Of a DNA stretch of 64,000 bases, positions 1 to 12,500 are shown one piece after another (positions within the stretch are counted from its first letter, which is position 1; the number at the start of each line of letters is the position of its first letter). The notes under the pieces were generated by a model. The model was not told where the DNA came from. It made no database searches and saw only the letters and a program-made list of their open reading frames with translations. This DNA comes from Gnetum montanum (Eukaryota; Plantae; Gnetophyta), in assembly GCA_015680685.1 (NCBI GenBank), contig MNCI01001941.1, positions 672,252 to 736,251 on the forward strand. Reading direction: 5' to 3'. The translations under genes and the position numbers were made by a program.

Positions 1-59
1 ATGCTACAAATTGCTCAAGTTGAGATAAAATCACTTTCTTCCATTTTGAAAATTTACTA

Positions 60-520
60 AATAACGTTTACCATATTTCATTGTTTGTGCTAAATTTATC
101 CACATGGCCACTTTTTGTATGAACTAGAATATCTTAGACATGCCTTAGTTTAAGAATGAAAAATATAGTATTTTTTCCATTTTGATCTTCATGCACTTAT
201 TAACCACCATATGGTCCATACCTATTTTGGAACAGAAAATGAAAAACAATGAACTTTTGTATAATATGAATTGGAATAAATTGACCTTGGTAAATGACAT
301 CATCATAACATTGACTCAATCTTGAGCTTCTTTGATATCTTACTTATCTTCTTTGCATGATGTCAAGGTTAATTCAAAATCCTATCTTTAAAACTTCATA
401 AGCTTATGATCAATATAGAGCAGGGTGTTTTTTGAATTATTTACTCAACTTTGAAATCTTAGCTCCATAAACTAGCTTTGCTTTGGGTTCTATTTCATGC
501 AATAAATCTTAATTTAATCC
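60..520 (-). mobile_element. Degenerate Ty3/Gypsy integrase C-terminal remnant
   Basis: Minus strand gives KLVYGA (~461-480, cf. TPYxLVYG) and a PK(W>stop)..YGPY-like motif (~210-235); many stops and frameshifts. Confidence 0.4.
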
Positions 521-1558
521 CATTCCTAAAAAGTTTCTACCTTGACATGCGTTCTTGCAATCCATGGATCCGTAACTTTACTTTCAAGCTTAATTTTCAC
601 AGCTTCACTCATACTATATTTCTTACTCAAAACTTGGCTTTAAATCTTCAGGGACCAACAATCATAATTAGAACCTAAGTTTTTTGTTCATATAATTAAA
701 AACCTTGAATTATTTTGAGATACAGAGTCTCTTTCCGTGGATAAATATATATCCATGTTAAAATTAAGAACCATTTATAATTCATATACTTTAGTTCAAT
801 GTTAAACCCAAAATTAGTTCAATTTTTAAATAAGCATCCTTGTCAAATTCATGCATTTCACTCAATTTTATTTTGTATTTCATATTATTAATTGTTTGGT
901 TAGTGTTTAATTAATAATTATTTTAGTACAGGGTATAGTTGATATAATTATAATGTGATTATGAGTAGTTTTTATATTGGTAGTTTAACTAGGTTTTTAT
1001 GTAAACTATATAGACATTATACAAATGTTATAATTAGGGAAACGTTAGCATCCTTTGGCTCGTCAATATGCTACCACATATAACTATTGTTTTGTGTATG
1101 TATGTAATTTGCATGAGTAAACTTAGAAGCCAAGAAGACATTGTTACACGAAATGGCAATGTGAGCGTAAAATCTTTTGTTCCTTGAATCTCGTTTGGTG
1201 CCATCGTTGATGTTCCGGTTTACCCAAGAGCACCCGTTGAATCTTGTGATGGCGAACGAATAATGTCTCGAGCATCATTGGTGAAAGCAAAAGGATAACA
1301 TATGTAATTAAGTTTAACTCATGAGAGCTCTTGTTTTGTTAATGTCTCTATTCATCAGTGTAAGAAGAGGAACATGCAACAGGAGGAGATGAGATTGCAG
1401 TGTTCATTAATGAATTTTACGGAATGTTGGCCACAACTCAATAAGACGATCGATCTCACACCCTATGCACAGCTGTGTCTGACAGTCGGAAAAAACATAA
1501 AGTAAAGGTAATAGTGGCTTAGCAGTTAGCACCTATGGCAAAAGCAAAGCATGGTGAC

Positions 1559-2308
1559 TTGGGCGTAGAACCAAAAATTGACGTAATCGATCAGGGCGGA
1601 GTACGAGCACTAGACTGGAACGTAGCATACTTACATGATGCCTCTGTCGTTGAAGGGTGCGATGGACGTCACACTAATCACGCCGAAGCTTTTGAGACGG
1701 CGGATGAGCTGCCCAACACATGAAGTGAAGGTTTGAGAGTCTGTGCGGAACCGCTCGTAGTCAATGTCAATTTCGTCTGGGTCGTACCTCTGGATTATGG
1801 CCGTCAGCGATTCCATTACATTGTTCACTCACGATGCCAAAGACCATGGCATGAACTGCACCTTCACTTTGCCCACACTGTCACCGTCGAGGCTTACAAT
1901 AACGTTCACTTTGCCGCACGGATGTGCTACCTTGAGCACCGCTGGTGTTATTGTTTTGTTTTGCTAGAACATGGCGAACTTTCCACTGGTGGGTTTGTGG
2001 CCATTTCCCTGCATGTAGTCGATGGCGAAGGTGAGGATAAGGTGGATCTCACCCACCTTGGTGTTTACAGGAACATCCTTGAGCTTCACTTCGTTGAACT
2101 GCGAGCCGATGTATTCATGGAACACCATCTTCCATGCACCACAAAGCAACGTATATCTAAACATGGCACATTATTTGTGGTGCATACTGCATACTGCATA
2201 GTTCAAAACTCGATACTTACTTGCGATAGTTGAGGGCACCAAAGTAAGTGAGAAAGCCTCGAAAGCCAGCGCAAGAACCACCATTGTGGAGGATGATGAG
2301 GATGCCAT
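1559..2308 (-). pseudogene. GH18 class IIIb-like chitinase pseudogene, copy 1 (exon 1 2308-2221, intron 2220-2134, exon 2 2133-1559; C-terminus missing)
   Basis: Signal-peptide-like exon MASSSSSTMVVLALAFEAFSLTLVPSTIA, GTAAGT donor, then VFHEYIGSQFNEVKLKDVPVN..IHLILTFAIDY, catalytic-type motif DEIDIDYE, SIAPF, IDYVNFWFYA. In-frame stops at 1964-66, 1829-31, 1631-33 and ~1611; acceptor AG mutated to AT. Confidence 0.9.
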
Positions 2309-2370
2309 ACTTACTGGGAGTTAGCTTGTGAAGCAGGGATGTGGGATAAGAAACAGAAGGGGTGTACTTG

Positions 2371-2380
2371 CCTTATACAG
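2371..2380 (-). promoter_or_regulatory. Putative TATA box of the captured chitinase gene
   Basis: Minus strand CTGTATAAGG ~65 bp upstream of the ATG; the equivalent in copy 2 (~7130-7139) reads CCTATATAAG. Confidence 0.55.
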
Positions 2381-3374
2381 GCTATGGGCAATGCAGAGTG
2401 CCACTACCAGTGGTGGTGCTTCTACATCTCAATTATGTATCACATTCTGGGCCAGCCAAATGATGATTGCATTGCAGGGGAGTGTAGTATAGTAGTCTGT
2501 AGCTAGCTGAAAAGTGACAATGCCATCAAGTTGTTGCATCTCATCTCATTTCATTTTAAAAGGCATGCAGGAGGATTTCCATCTTACAAATGGTTGTGGG
2601 TGCTAGTACCATGACAATGAAGCCCATCCAATTGGCATGTAGGCTCCAGATCTTGCTGCATGGGATGCGCGGGTTTTAGAAGAAGCATGCTGCCATAGTA
2701 TTTGAAGTAGGAATTGAAATTGAAGACATAGGGATGCCAAACTTGGTAGTTTACACCAAGAATAATGGATTGGAATTTGATTCTTTCATATCAATCTATT
2801 ATTAAAATAATTATTTTTAAACATTGTTAAAGTATAAATAAGAAATTTAACTTTGTATTAAGGAGGGAACCTAGCAGACGAGGAATACCTAAAGTTAATA
2901 CCTGAAAGAACACACATCAATTTGAAATCAATTTCTGTTAAAGAATTGTTAAGTAAGGATTCATTGAGCCTATGGCAACTATAAACTATTGGAGTCCATT
3001 GTAGAGCTGTGAAGGTTGCTGCACTAAGGAAACATCAAGGTATAATTGCAGATTAGTTGAAGTCTCCCTTGTAATCCTCATAATCTATGCTTGTATTTGT
3101 GATTTCAATTTGATTTAATCATTAATTTTCATTCTTGAACTTAAGATTAGAAGTTTGGATGAAAATTTATGTTTTTACTTGTGAGTGATAATCATAAGTG
3201 TGGAATTTGATTGGATTTGATTTTAATTAGTTTATGTCTTACTGATCTTTTTGACTTTGGAACTATTTCTCCATGGATACAACTTATGGGTCAATCATAG
3301 ATGAGGTGACAATTTATGTAACAAAGATAATTATTAAAGTAATCCAACACCAAATTTTTCCTAGTTCATCAATC

Positions 3375-3392
3375 TAGCACTATTGCTAGGGA
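3375..3392 (+). other. Primer binding site, tRNA-Asp/Athila type (degenerate)
   Basis: TAGCACTATTGCTAGGGA differs from TGGCGCCGTTGCCGGGGA only by transitions; 3 bp after the LTR end. Confidence 0.75.
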
Positions 3393-5631
3393 GTTCAAAA
3401 GAATCAATCTTCATCAAGGGTTTAGTATATTTTATTTTTATTTTTTTCATATTTCTTTTTAAAATTTAGATTGAATCTTCAAAAAAAGTACACATTCTTT
3501 CTATTTCATTTCATTTTCTTTTGTTTTGTAGCATTAGAAATGGTCTCTCTTAATTATTTTTCTTGTAGGTAGAAAAATTAGAAAAATAAAAAATAAGGAA
3601 AAAGTACAGTCCCAAGAATCAGTCTTCTTAATTCATAAAATTGAGAAAGGTTATAACATAGTTTTAATCAATTACTAGAATAATTAAATTAGTTTGCAAA
3701 ATTTTAGGATTAGTTGCCCATGGATGTGCTAAGGAAGAGTGTGTTTGTTAAATGAACCAAGCAACAAAAATATCCAACATGAATACCATAAGTTATTATA
3801 AATTCTAATCACATACCATATTATATAAAGTAAAAATAATTAAGGGAAAGTCAATACTCTACAACTTTTACCTTGAAAAATGTAAAAGGCAATAGTATTT
3901 TCTATTGTTATTTGGGACTATCAAGAATTTAGTACCATCATGTCTGGAATGTAAAGGAGAAGGACAAATCCTCCTACCTTGAGATAGGTAGGTTTAAACC
4001 AAAAATCCCACTAAGGGTGAGGCTTCTATTAATAAGTATCTTAAATGTTATTATTTTTAAACAGTATTCTTTAAGTACAATGTTCATAAGTCAAGATGGC
4101 TAAATAGCTCAGTATAGGATAATACTTATTATTGTTTGGTTATTATTAAATACTTGCTTGGGTGAGTGACTAAGGTGGAAAGGGTGTGCTATATTGGACC
4201 TAGTTTCTCTAGTGGTAAAGGCATCTACCGATATCAAGTAAGATCAATGCCATGTGAGTAACCCTTAAAAAATGAATTTGGCTCACACAAGAACCTCATG
4301 ATTGAAGCTAGTTAAATATTGAATTTCTTGAGAAAAAAAGAGAAAAGAAAAGAAAAAAATTAAAAAAAAAAAGCAAGAAAATAACAATAAAAGAAAAAAT
4401 GACCCCACAAGAACCTTCAAGCATGAGTTGAGCCACACTTTCACAAGAACCCTACAATTGGGGCGATGCTTCAAGCTCATAATTTTAAGCATCTCACAAG
4501 AATCCTCTTCTATGAGCAAAGTGTTTAAAGGTCAGGCAACAATTACCAATCAATAATAATTCCACTACATTAGAACTAGGGTATAGCACTGGTAGTGAAG
4601 GAGTGACTCTTCCATAGTTAGTATCTTAATAGACACATTCACTTTTAATCATTCCTATTACTCCATTACTTAGTCACTTTGCTTTTTCTTCTTTCTACTT
4701 CTTAGACTATTTTTTTTCTTTTTTCTTTTACCTCATTTTTAACTTTTGCTATTTCTCTTTTTTTTATTTTTGTTGAGTTATCTTACTATTTTTCTTTTGT
4801 GTTGTCATCTCTTTTTACTAGTGATAGTTTTGTGGATGGGTTTTCTTTGTATTTCCCATCATATCTTCCAGAGACATTAGTGGTTGAGATTCCTACTATG
4901 GTGGCCAATGATGGATACTAACACTCGTTCACCCATTGTCTTTGATATCCTTTTAGTCATCTAGATACATAAAACCCAAGGCACTTTTTGCTTTTGGTAT
5001 ATCCTTTGACCATGTTTCCTTTTTCATACTTTGTCTTTGCTAATTAACCTCGGTATGTTTCATACCTTAGTTTAATTAAGGAAGGGATAACCAATTAATA
5101 AATGATATCATAGTAGGGTATAAACAATATGGAAGCTGATCCAAGAACAAGTTAGGGAATGAGTTAGCTATAAGTAATGCATCTTGAATCCTTAAATCAT
5201 AGGAAATGTTTAGACCTTGAGCTTATAAGATGTTCTTGCACCTAATGAAGCAAACCTTGTGAGGTGATGTTAAGCCTAATTAATCCTAGGTAGGGCCATG
5301 CTAACCAAGTTATATGTGGACTCATATCTAATAATAAGAATCTATTATCAATAGAAAAAATAAGCATATGTACATAATTAGAAAAACAATATTTGGACAT
5401 TTGGACAATGGACAAGTTTAATTTTTGTTTTATTATTTTATGATGTTGGATAACGAACATTAATGATATTTTTCTTGTTAAATGTCTATATGTTTTAATG
5501 TATTAAATTTTGGATAGGCTAAAAGGATATCTTGGAATGGCAGTAGCATAATTTTATTTTGGTTACAATTGTGTGCCTATTAATGTTTATTTTATTTCAT
5601 TCATTTTTGCCTTTATGGCCAAGCACTGGCC

Positions 5632-5650
5632 AAAGGCTAGTTGGGGGTTG
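5632..5650 (+). other. Polypurine tract
   Basis: AAAGGCTAGTTGGGGGTTG immediately before the 3' LTR, preceded by a short TGGCCA..TGGCCA palindrome pair. Confidence 0.7.
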
Positions 5651-8191
5651 TGTTTAAACCCAAATTGGTTGAATTTTTAAATAAGCATCTTTGTTAAATT
5701 CATGCATTTTAGTTTATTTTATTTTGTATTTTATATTATTAATTATTTGTTTAGTGTTTAATTAATGATTATTTTAGTAAAGGTTATATTTGATATAATT
5801 ATAGTATGATTCTGAGTAGTTTTTATATTGGTAGTTTAACTAGGTTTATAAATAAAATAAACTATATAGATATTATACATAGATTATAATTAAGGAAACA
5901 TCGGCATCCTTCGGCTAGTCAATATGCTTCCAGATAGTGTGTAAGTAATTTGCATGAGTAAACTTGAAAGCCAACAAGACATTGTTATAGGAAATGACAA
6001 TGTGGCATAAAATCTTTTGTTCCTTGAATCTTGTCGGGTGCCATTGTTGATGTGTCGGTTTACCCAAAAGCACCCGTTGAATCTCGTGATGGTGAACGGA
6101 TAATGTCGAGCATCATTGGTGAAAGTGGAAGGATAACATGCGCAATCAAGTTCAACTCATAAGAGCTCCTATGTTATTAATGTAGTTATTCATCAATGTA
6201 AGAAGAGGAACATGCAACCAGAGAAGATGAGATTGCAGTGTTTATTAATGAATGCTACAGAATGTTGGCCAGAACTCAGTGAGAGGATCGACACAGCTGT
6301 GGCTGATAGTTGGGAGAAACATAAAGCAAAGGCAATAATGTCTTAGCGCCCATGGCAAAAGCAAAGCATGGTGTTCTAGGCATAGAACTAGAAATTGACG
6401 TAATCAATCACGGCAGAGTATGAGCATCAAAGTGCAACGTAACGCGCTTGCACGATGCCTCTATCATTGAAGGGCATGATGGACGCCATGCTAATCAGGC
6501 CAGAGCTCTTGAGATGGTTTCGGAGTCTGCGTGGAACTGCTCGTAGTTAATGTCAATTCTGTCCAGATCGTACCCCTGGATTATGGCCGTCAGCTACTCC
6601 ACTACATTGTTTACCCACGATGCCACCGACGCTGGCACAAACTGAACCTTCACTTTGCCCACGCTGTCACCGCTGAGGCTCACAATGACCTTCACTTTGC
6701 CACACGGATGCACTGCCTTGACTGCTGCTAGTGTTATTGTTTGTCTTTGCCACAACATACCGAACTTTCCGTTGTTGGGTTTGTGGTTGTTTCCTGCATG
6801 TAGTTAATGGCAAAGATGAGGATAAGGTGGATCTCTTCCACGTTGCTACTCATGGGAATGTACTTGAGCTTCGCTCCGTTAGAACTGCGAGCCAATGTAT
6901 TCACGGAACATTATCTTCCCTGCACATTATTCGTGGTGCATACCGCATACTACATAGTTCAAAACTCAATACTTTACCTACGATGGGTGAGGACACCACA
7001 GTGAGCGAGAAAGCCGCGAAAGCCAGCGCAAGAACCACCATTGTGGGGGACGATGAGAATTCCATGCTTACTGGGAGTTGGCTTGGCGAAGCAGGGATGT
7101 GGGATGAGAAACAGAAGGGGTGTGCTTATCTTATATAGGCTATGGGCGATGCAGAGTCAATACTCAGTAGAGTGCCACTGTCGATGGAGGTGCATTATTT
7201 CTGCGTCTCAATGATGTATCCCAGTCTTCGACATGGGCAATGACGAGGCCACCCAAATGATGGTTGCATTGCAGGGGATTATAGTGTAGTAGTGTGTGGC
7301 TGGCTGACAAGTGATAGTGCCATTGCATCACTGCATCTCATCTCATCTCATTTCATTTTAAAAGACGTACAGAAGGATGTTCAAGTTACAAATGGTTGTG
7401 GCTGCTAGCACCACGGCGATGAAGCCCATCCAATTGGCATGCGGGGGCTCTAGAGCTTGCTGCACAGTGTGTGAGGGTTCTAGAAGAAACTTGCTACTGT
7501 AGTATTTGGAGTAGGGATCGAAATCAAAGACAGCAGGGATGCCAAACTTGGCAGTTTGCACCAAAAATAATGGATTGGAATCTGATTATTCCATATCAAT
7601 ATATTATTAAAATAATTATTTTTAAACATTGTTAAAGTATAAATAAGATATTTAACTTTGTATTTAGGGGGAACCACCGAGGACCCAAGGGGTTCAATAC
7701 TTGAGAGGAATACCCAGAGTTAATACCCAAGAGAACCCACATCAAGTTGAAATTAATTTCCCTTAAAGAATTATCAAGTGAGAATTCATTGAGCCTCATG
7801 GCCACTATAGACTATTGGAGTCCATTGTAAAGCGATCAAGGTTGTTGCATTATAGAAATAGCAAGGTAGTATTGTAGATTAGGTGAAGTCTCCCTTGCAA
7901 TCCTGATAATCTATGCTTGTATTTATGATTTCAATTTCATTTAATTATTAATTTTTATTCTTGAATTTAATATTAAAAGTTAGGATGAAAATTTATGTTT
8001 TTACTCATGAGTAATAGTCATAAGTGTGAATTTTGATTGGATTCGATTCTAATTATTTTATGTTTTGATGATCTTTCTAACTTTGGAACCATTCCTCGAT
8101 GGATATGATTCATGGGTCAGACAAGGTGATAAATTATGCAATAAAGATAATTATTAAAGTAATCCAACATCAAAATTTTCCTAGCTCATCA
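5651..8191 (+). repeat. 3' LTR (2541 bp)
   Basis: Starts TGTTTAAACCCAAATTGG, ends CCTAGCTCATCA; diverged direct repeat of 800-3371. Confidence 0.88.
6376..7065 (-). pseudogene. GH18 class IIIb-like chitinase pseudogene, copy 2 (exon 1 7065-6978, intron 6977-6920, exon 2 6919-6376)
   Basis: MEFSSSPTMVVLALAFAAFSLTVVSSPIV, GT..AG intron, MFREYIGSQF, IHLILIFAINY, VKVIVSLSGDSV, DLDRIDINYE, IDYVNF*FYA. Contains frameshifts, stops and a ~30-bp deletion relative to copy 1. Confidence 0.9.
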
Positions 8192-8199
8192 CTCACCTA

Positions 8200-10110
8200 T
8201 CTTGAACCCTACTACATGAAATGGCTAAAATGTAATAACAACATCATAATTGAATGCTTCTTCTACCTTATCTCAACTCTCTATGTCATACACTTCCAAC
8301 CAACCAAGATCTAACTTTGCGCATAAAGATTGATCCAAGTTACAAAGTTACCAATGAAGTCCTTTGAGCTTCTCAAACAATTTCTTAAAACAACTATATT
8401 CAACATAAGAAATTATCTAAGAACACTCGTAAGAGACATGATCATCTTTGTGAGATAGCTAGAGACCCAATGGTAGCAATCATATATAATCCAAAATTAC
8501 CAAAATATTTCAAGATCAATCAATTTTGCCACTATCATTAACTACTTGGCCATGATACCAATTTTTGGTTGGCCTTGTAAGATGAACTATAGAAAATGAT
8601 TGATAGTGGAGAATTTGATTCTAGATGCTCCCAACACCAGCACTAGTAATAACCCATATACTATAGCCACATTCAATGTTTCCAACAAATCTAAACCTAG
8701 TAGGGAGCCATTTGTAATTTGAGTACCTTCTCATAATGGTCAGGTTTCAACTTCCACAAGTATAAGAATTCCTTTTGTTATAAGGGTACCATCATCGAAA
8801 CCTCCCAGAGAGCCCTTCATTATTATATTTTCTTCTTCATTCACAAATAAGCCTATTTTCCATGTTGGCTAATATTCTCCTATTGGCTAATGCATCAACA
8901 TCCTCCCAGTTAAACAACAAAAAGTCTCCATCTAAACAATGAAAACATTTAGCTCCCAAGCCCAAGGCTAAGGAGACTAGCCAATCAAAAGTTTGGAAAG
9001 AAGTAGGTCTATTGAAACTTACTCCAGTCTTAGTTGTACCCATGAGTTCTACTACTCAAATCACATCAACTATCCAACCTAAGAATAGAAGCAAATAAGA
9101 GAAAAGTAAGTGGTAAAAATAAGAAATTGTTAAAATGAAGTCAAATTCCTAGGTAAGGTGGAGAAAGTCAAAGTTCATTTACAAGTGATAAAGACTTCCT
9201 CATACCATGAAATAAGGAAAATTTCTGCTAAAGTTGGAAAAGCACTTCACTAAGCCTTTACGATTTGGTTATGACTTCTCCCACTCATCATGAAGCACTT
9301 GTCAAAATATTAATATCTATCCCTTTGAGTGAAGAGTTTTCTACCAATGAGAAGTCCATCCACTCTATTATCATGCCACCTTCACTTAGGAAGAATTAGG
9401 ACCAACCATGTTAACATTTTATGATAGTGAAGTTAAGATCGATCTATGAAGTGGTAAAGTGTTATGTGCTCCTCTTTTCATAAGTGTATGAGTTGGTCAA
9501 CACAAAGTACATAATGTACATGTGGATGATGAAGTAGCAATGAATGTTATCTCCTTACCCATTATGGAATGTTGAGGTTTGGTTAAGAACATTTATTACA
9601 TCTCCACCTCTATGCTCAAGTCCTTTAATGGATCACAAGTAATAGTGAGAGGGTCCATATCATTAAACTTTATGTCTAGGAAATAATTCATCACATCAGC
9701 TAACTTTCTAGTCATTAAAGAGACACTCAGTTTTAACTTAATATTAGGAAAATCATGGTTGGCTAAGTTGAGAGCACTTTCTTTCCCAATTCACTAGGAG
9801 ATTCATCTATCTTAAGAGGGATGTGAAATTGTTATCCATGGACGTAGCATAGTGCCTTTGTCAATTAATAATGTTAACATCAAACAAGAATCTAAGGTGG
9901 AGTTCTAGGAGGAAGCTCTTGTAACCAACAGTGAAACCAATAACCACCATGAAACCAATGAAGCTAAAGCCAATAACTCTAAATCCTTGAATGAGTCTTG
10001 AGAGGGACTCCAATTTAGCATCATTAATGAAGGGAATAGGGAGTATAAAATCATACAAGAAAGGCCTTACCAGTTTTCTAACTTATCAAAGATTAGGAAA
10101 TAATTATACA
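8200..10110 (+). mobile_element. Degenerate Tat/Ogre-like gag C-terminus and aspartic protease
   Basis: PKYFKINQFCHYH*LLGHDTNF gag motif (~8500-8570); PLFISV..VHNVHVDDEVAMNVI (~9470-9555); FNLILGKSW (~9732-9760). Homologous to 52300-54230. Confidence 0.75.
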
Positions 10111-10299
10111 ATCAATATGTTATATACCTTTTTCTTGTATATATATTGTTGCATGTTTACTTAATAACATTGTTTACAAATGTGACTTGCAAGTTTGCAC
10201 TTTATTTCATAATTTTTATTTTATTACATCATATTTCCGAGTTTTACTTTCTAGCCTTATTGTGTGTTGTTGTTTTAACTCATAGCCTAAATCTACTAT

Positions 10300-12500
10300 T
10301 TATATAGTAAACATAACACATAAAAATTATAATAATCAATAGACAAGAAGTAGCCTTGATCTAGAGCTAAAATGCAACATCTTGAGGCCAAACATAGCTA
10401 GATAGCTCATAAGCATAATCATAGTTACACAATGTAACATAAATGGATGATACATTGTCCTTAAATCCATGAGTGTAGCAACAAATCAATAGCCATAACA
10501 GTTAAGAATGATAACATATCATCATCATCAACATCAACAACTTAGACTAAACCAAGGAAGGAGGAGGGGAAATGTTGCTAGAGCCATCATTATTACCATC
10601 AGAGGCATGTAAACAAGAAAAACATTAAAACCATAAGCACTAAAACTAAAATGTAAACTAAAATTAAGATTGAAAAAATTAACAAGTGAAACACAAACAA
10701 CAAAATGACCTAGCTCATGGACATAACTGTCATTGCATTTAACTTAAGACTCAACATCATGAATCAACATTTAGTTGATTTAACATTTTTGTGAAAAAAT
10801 TGACATGGAAAATAATAGTTTAACATTTTGAAAAACATAGATAGAAATTTTATGAAAGAGTAAACCTACACAACATGGGCAAGCATTTTGACAAATAGTT
10901 TTCATGAAATAGAGTTTCCATCAAAACATATAACCATAACCAAAAATATAGAGGCCTAGAGAGTTCAAGAATTCCAATAATCTTGGCTTAAGAACTAAGG
11001 TAGCTAAACACCTTGGGAATGAGTGAAGAGTAAGTAAAAAACATTGTGATTATTTAGTTTTGGAAATGTACATGTTGCCCTTACATCCTCATAAAAATTA
11101 AAATGTGCTAAAAGCCCTTCCTTCCCAAATAAGGAATGCCAAAAATGTTGGTCCTAGGAGTGGGACAAAGTTTTTAAAAATTATCATAGGCCATAAATGC
11201 GGTCAATGTTATCAATCATGCAAAAAGGTGAAAACGATGCTCATACATGTGCTAAAAAACATTATTTTTTCAAAAATTGGCAAAAAACCCTAATTCATTA
11301 TAGTTTGAGCATAAAAAACCTTTAAATGTAGTGAAATAGACAGAGGGAATGAAAAACAATACTATAGGTACGTGAAAGGCCAACAACGTTGTTAATTTTG
11401 GCTAAAAATTCAAAAACCCTAATCTCTTAACTTAGAAAAATACTAATTTGACATGGATTCACAACAAAAAAAACTTGTAATTATTGCATTCAAAGAATAA
11501 AACCTTGTTACATGATATCTTTTAGGCTCATATGTAAAAAAACACTGATCCTAGGTGGAAAAAACCCCAAAAACATTGCTCATGTGACCATGGGAGAACC
11601 TAGAAATTCTAAGAAATAAGTAAATATGGGCAAAATGCTGCATATAAAGCCTAGAAAAAACTCAAGAAAAATTAAGTTTGCCTAAATACACTATGGTGGT
11701 TAGTTTTCTAATCCTAGCCTACTCCAAACATGCTGTACTAGTGAAATTATCAATGAAATTGCCCAAATACATTGCTAGCATGAAGCTAAAATTGAAATTA
11801 ATGTCACATGTTGATATTTCATGGAAAATTTCTTGCTCTAGTCCAAACAAAGTATGCCCAATTATCTAAATATCCTAAGTCTAGTCTAAACATGCTACAA
11901 CAATGAAATTGACAAAGAAATTAACTTCATGCACTACCCTCTATTGGAAAATTTGCTTTTATGGCTTAATACATTGCCCATCTTACACAAATACACTTTC
12001 AAGTGGATCCCAAAACTCTAAATTTAAAATACCATAGGTCAAAAATGTGTGGGATTAAAATTAACAATGAAATTAACTTACTACACTACCTCATGGAATG
12101 AAATTATCTTCCATAGTCTAAAACACTACTATTCTACCTCAATAATTTGATAAGTGGACCCTACAAGATCTAAACAAAGATGTCAAGTGCCAAAAAATCT
12201 AGGTTAATGAAATTAGCCAAAACACACTGACAAGCTTGAGATCATCGTCTACACGCTGTGAGGGTGAGTTAGACATGCTAACATGTGGGCTCCACTACAT
12301 CCTTTTCAAAGCACAAAGGGTCAAAAATGATGTACTAGTGAGATTGATAGCTTATTTGCCATAAATACACTATCAACCAAATCTACATAGACCAAACACT
12401 ATCCAGAATTATCAAATACATTGTCAAGTGCATGATGCCCACACATTGTCCCACTAGCCCAAACATGCTAACAATAGGAAATATTCATCATTTTAACTTA
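10300..12500. mobile_element. 3' internal region of the Tat/Ogre-like element, with antisense exon/intron-like blocks and degenerate repeats
   Basis: T-rich intron-like block on the minus strand (~10610-10710) between coding-like blocks; recurrent AAACATGCT..ATGAAATT motifs at 11700-12480. Boundaries approximate. Confidence 0.4.

Larger units (their letters stand above)
800..3371 (+). repeat. 5' LTR (2572 bp)
   Basis: Starts TGTTAAACCCAAAATTAG, ends CCTAGTTCATCA; colinear with 5651-8191 throughout; candidate TATA at 2980-2985. Confidence 0.88.
800..8191 (+). mobile_element. Non-autonomous Athila-like LTR retroelement (LARD-like) with chitinase-bearing LTRs
   Basis: Two ~2.55-kb direct repeats, each TG...CATCA. 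Degenerate tRNA-Asp-type PBS follows the first; PPT GGCTAGTTGGGGG precedes the second. The 2.28-kb interior has no recognisable gag/pol. TSD weak (TTCAA vs CTCAC). Confidence 0.85.

Noticed and set aside
1733-2233. 166-aa plus-strand ORF, and plus-strand ORFs at 6531-7138
   Set aside because: Antisense shadow frames of the GC-rich chitinase sequence; no independent coding signal.
1559-7065. Ordinary tandem chitinase gene pair or functional genes
   Set aside because: Both copies are disrupted, and the duplication ends coincide with LTR termini, a PBS and a PPT.
795-8196. TTCAA/CTCAC as a firm TSD
   Set aside because: Only 3 of 5 bases match and the two flanks do not obviously join, so it was not used as supporting evidence.
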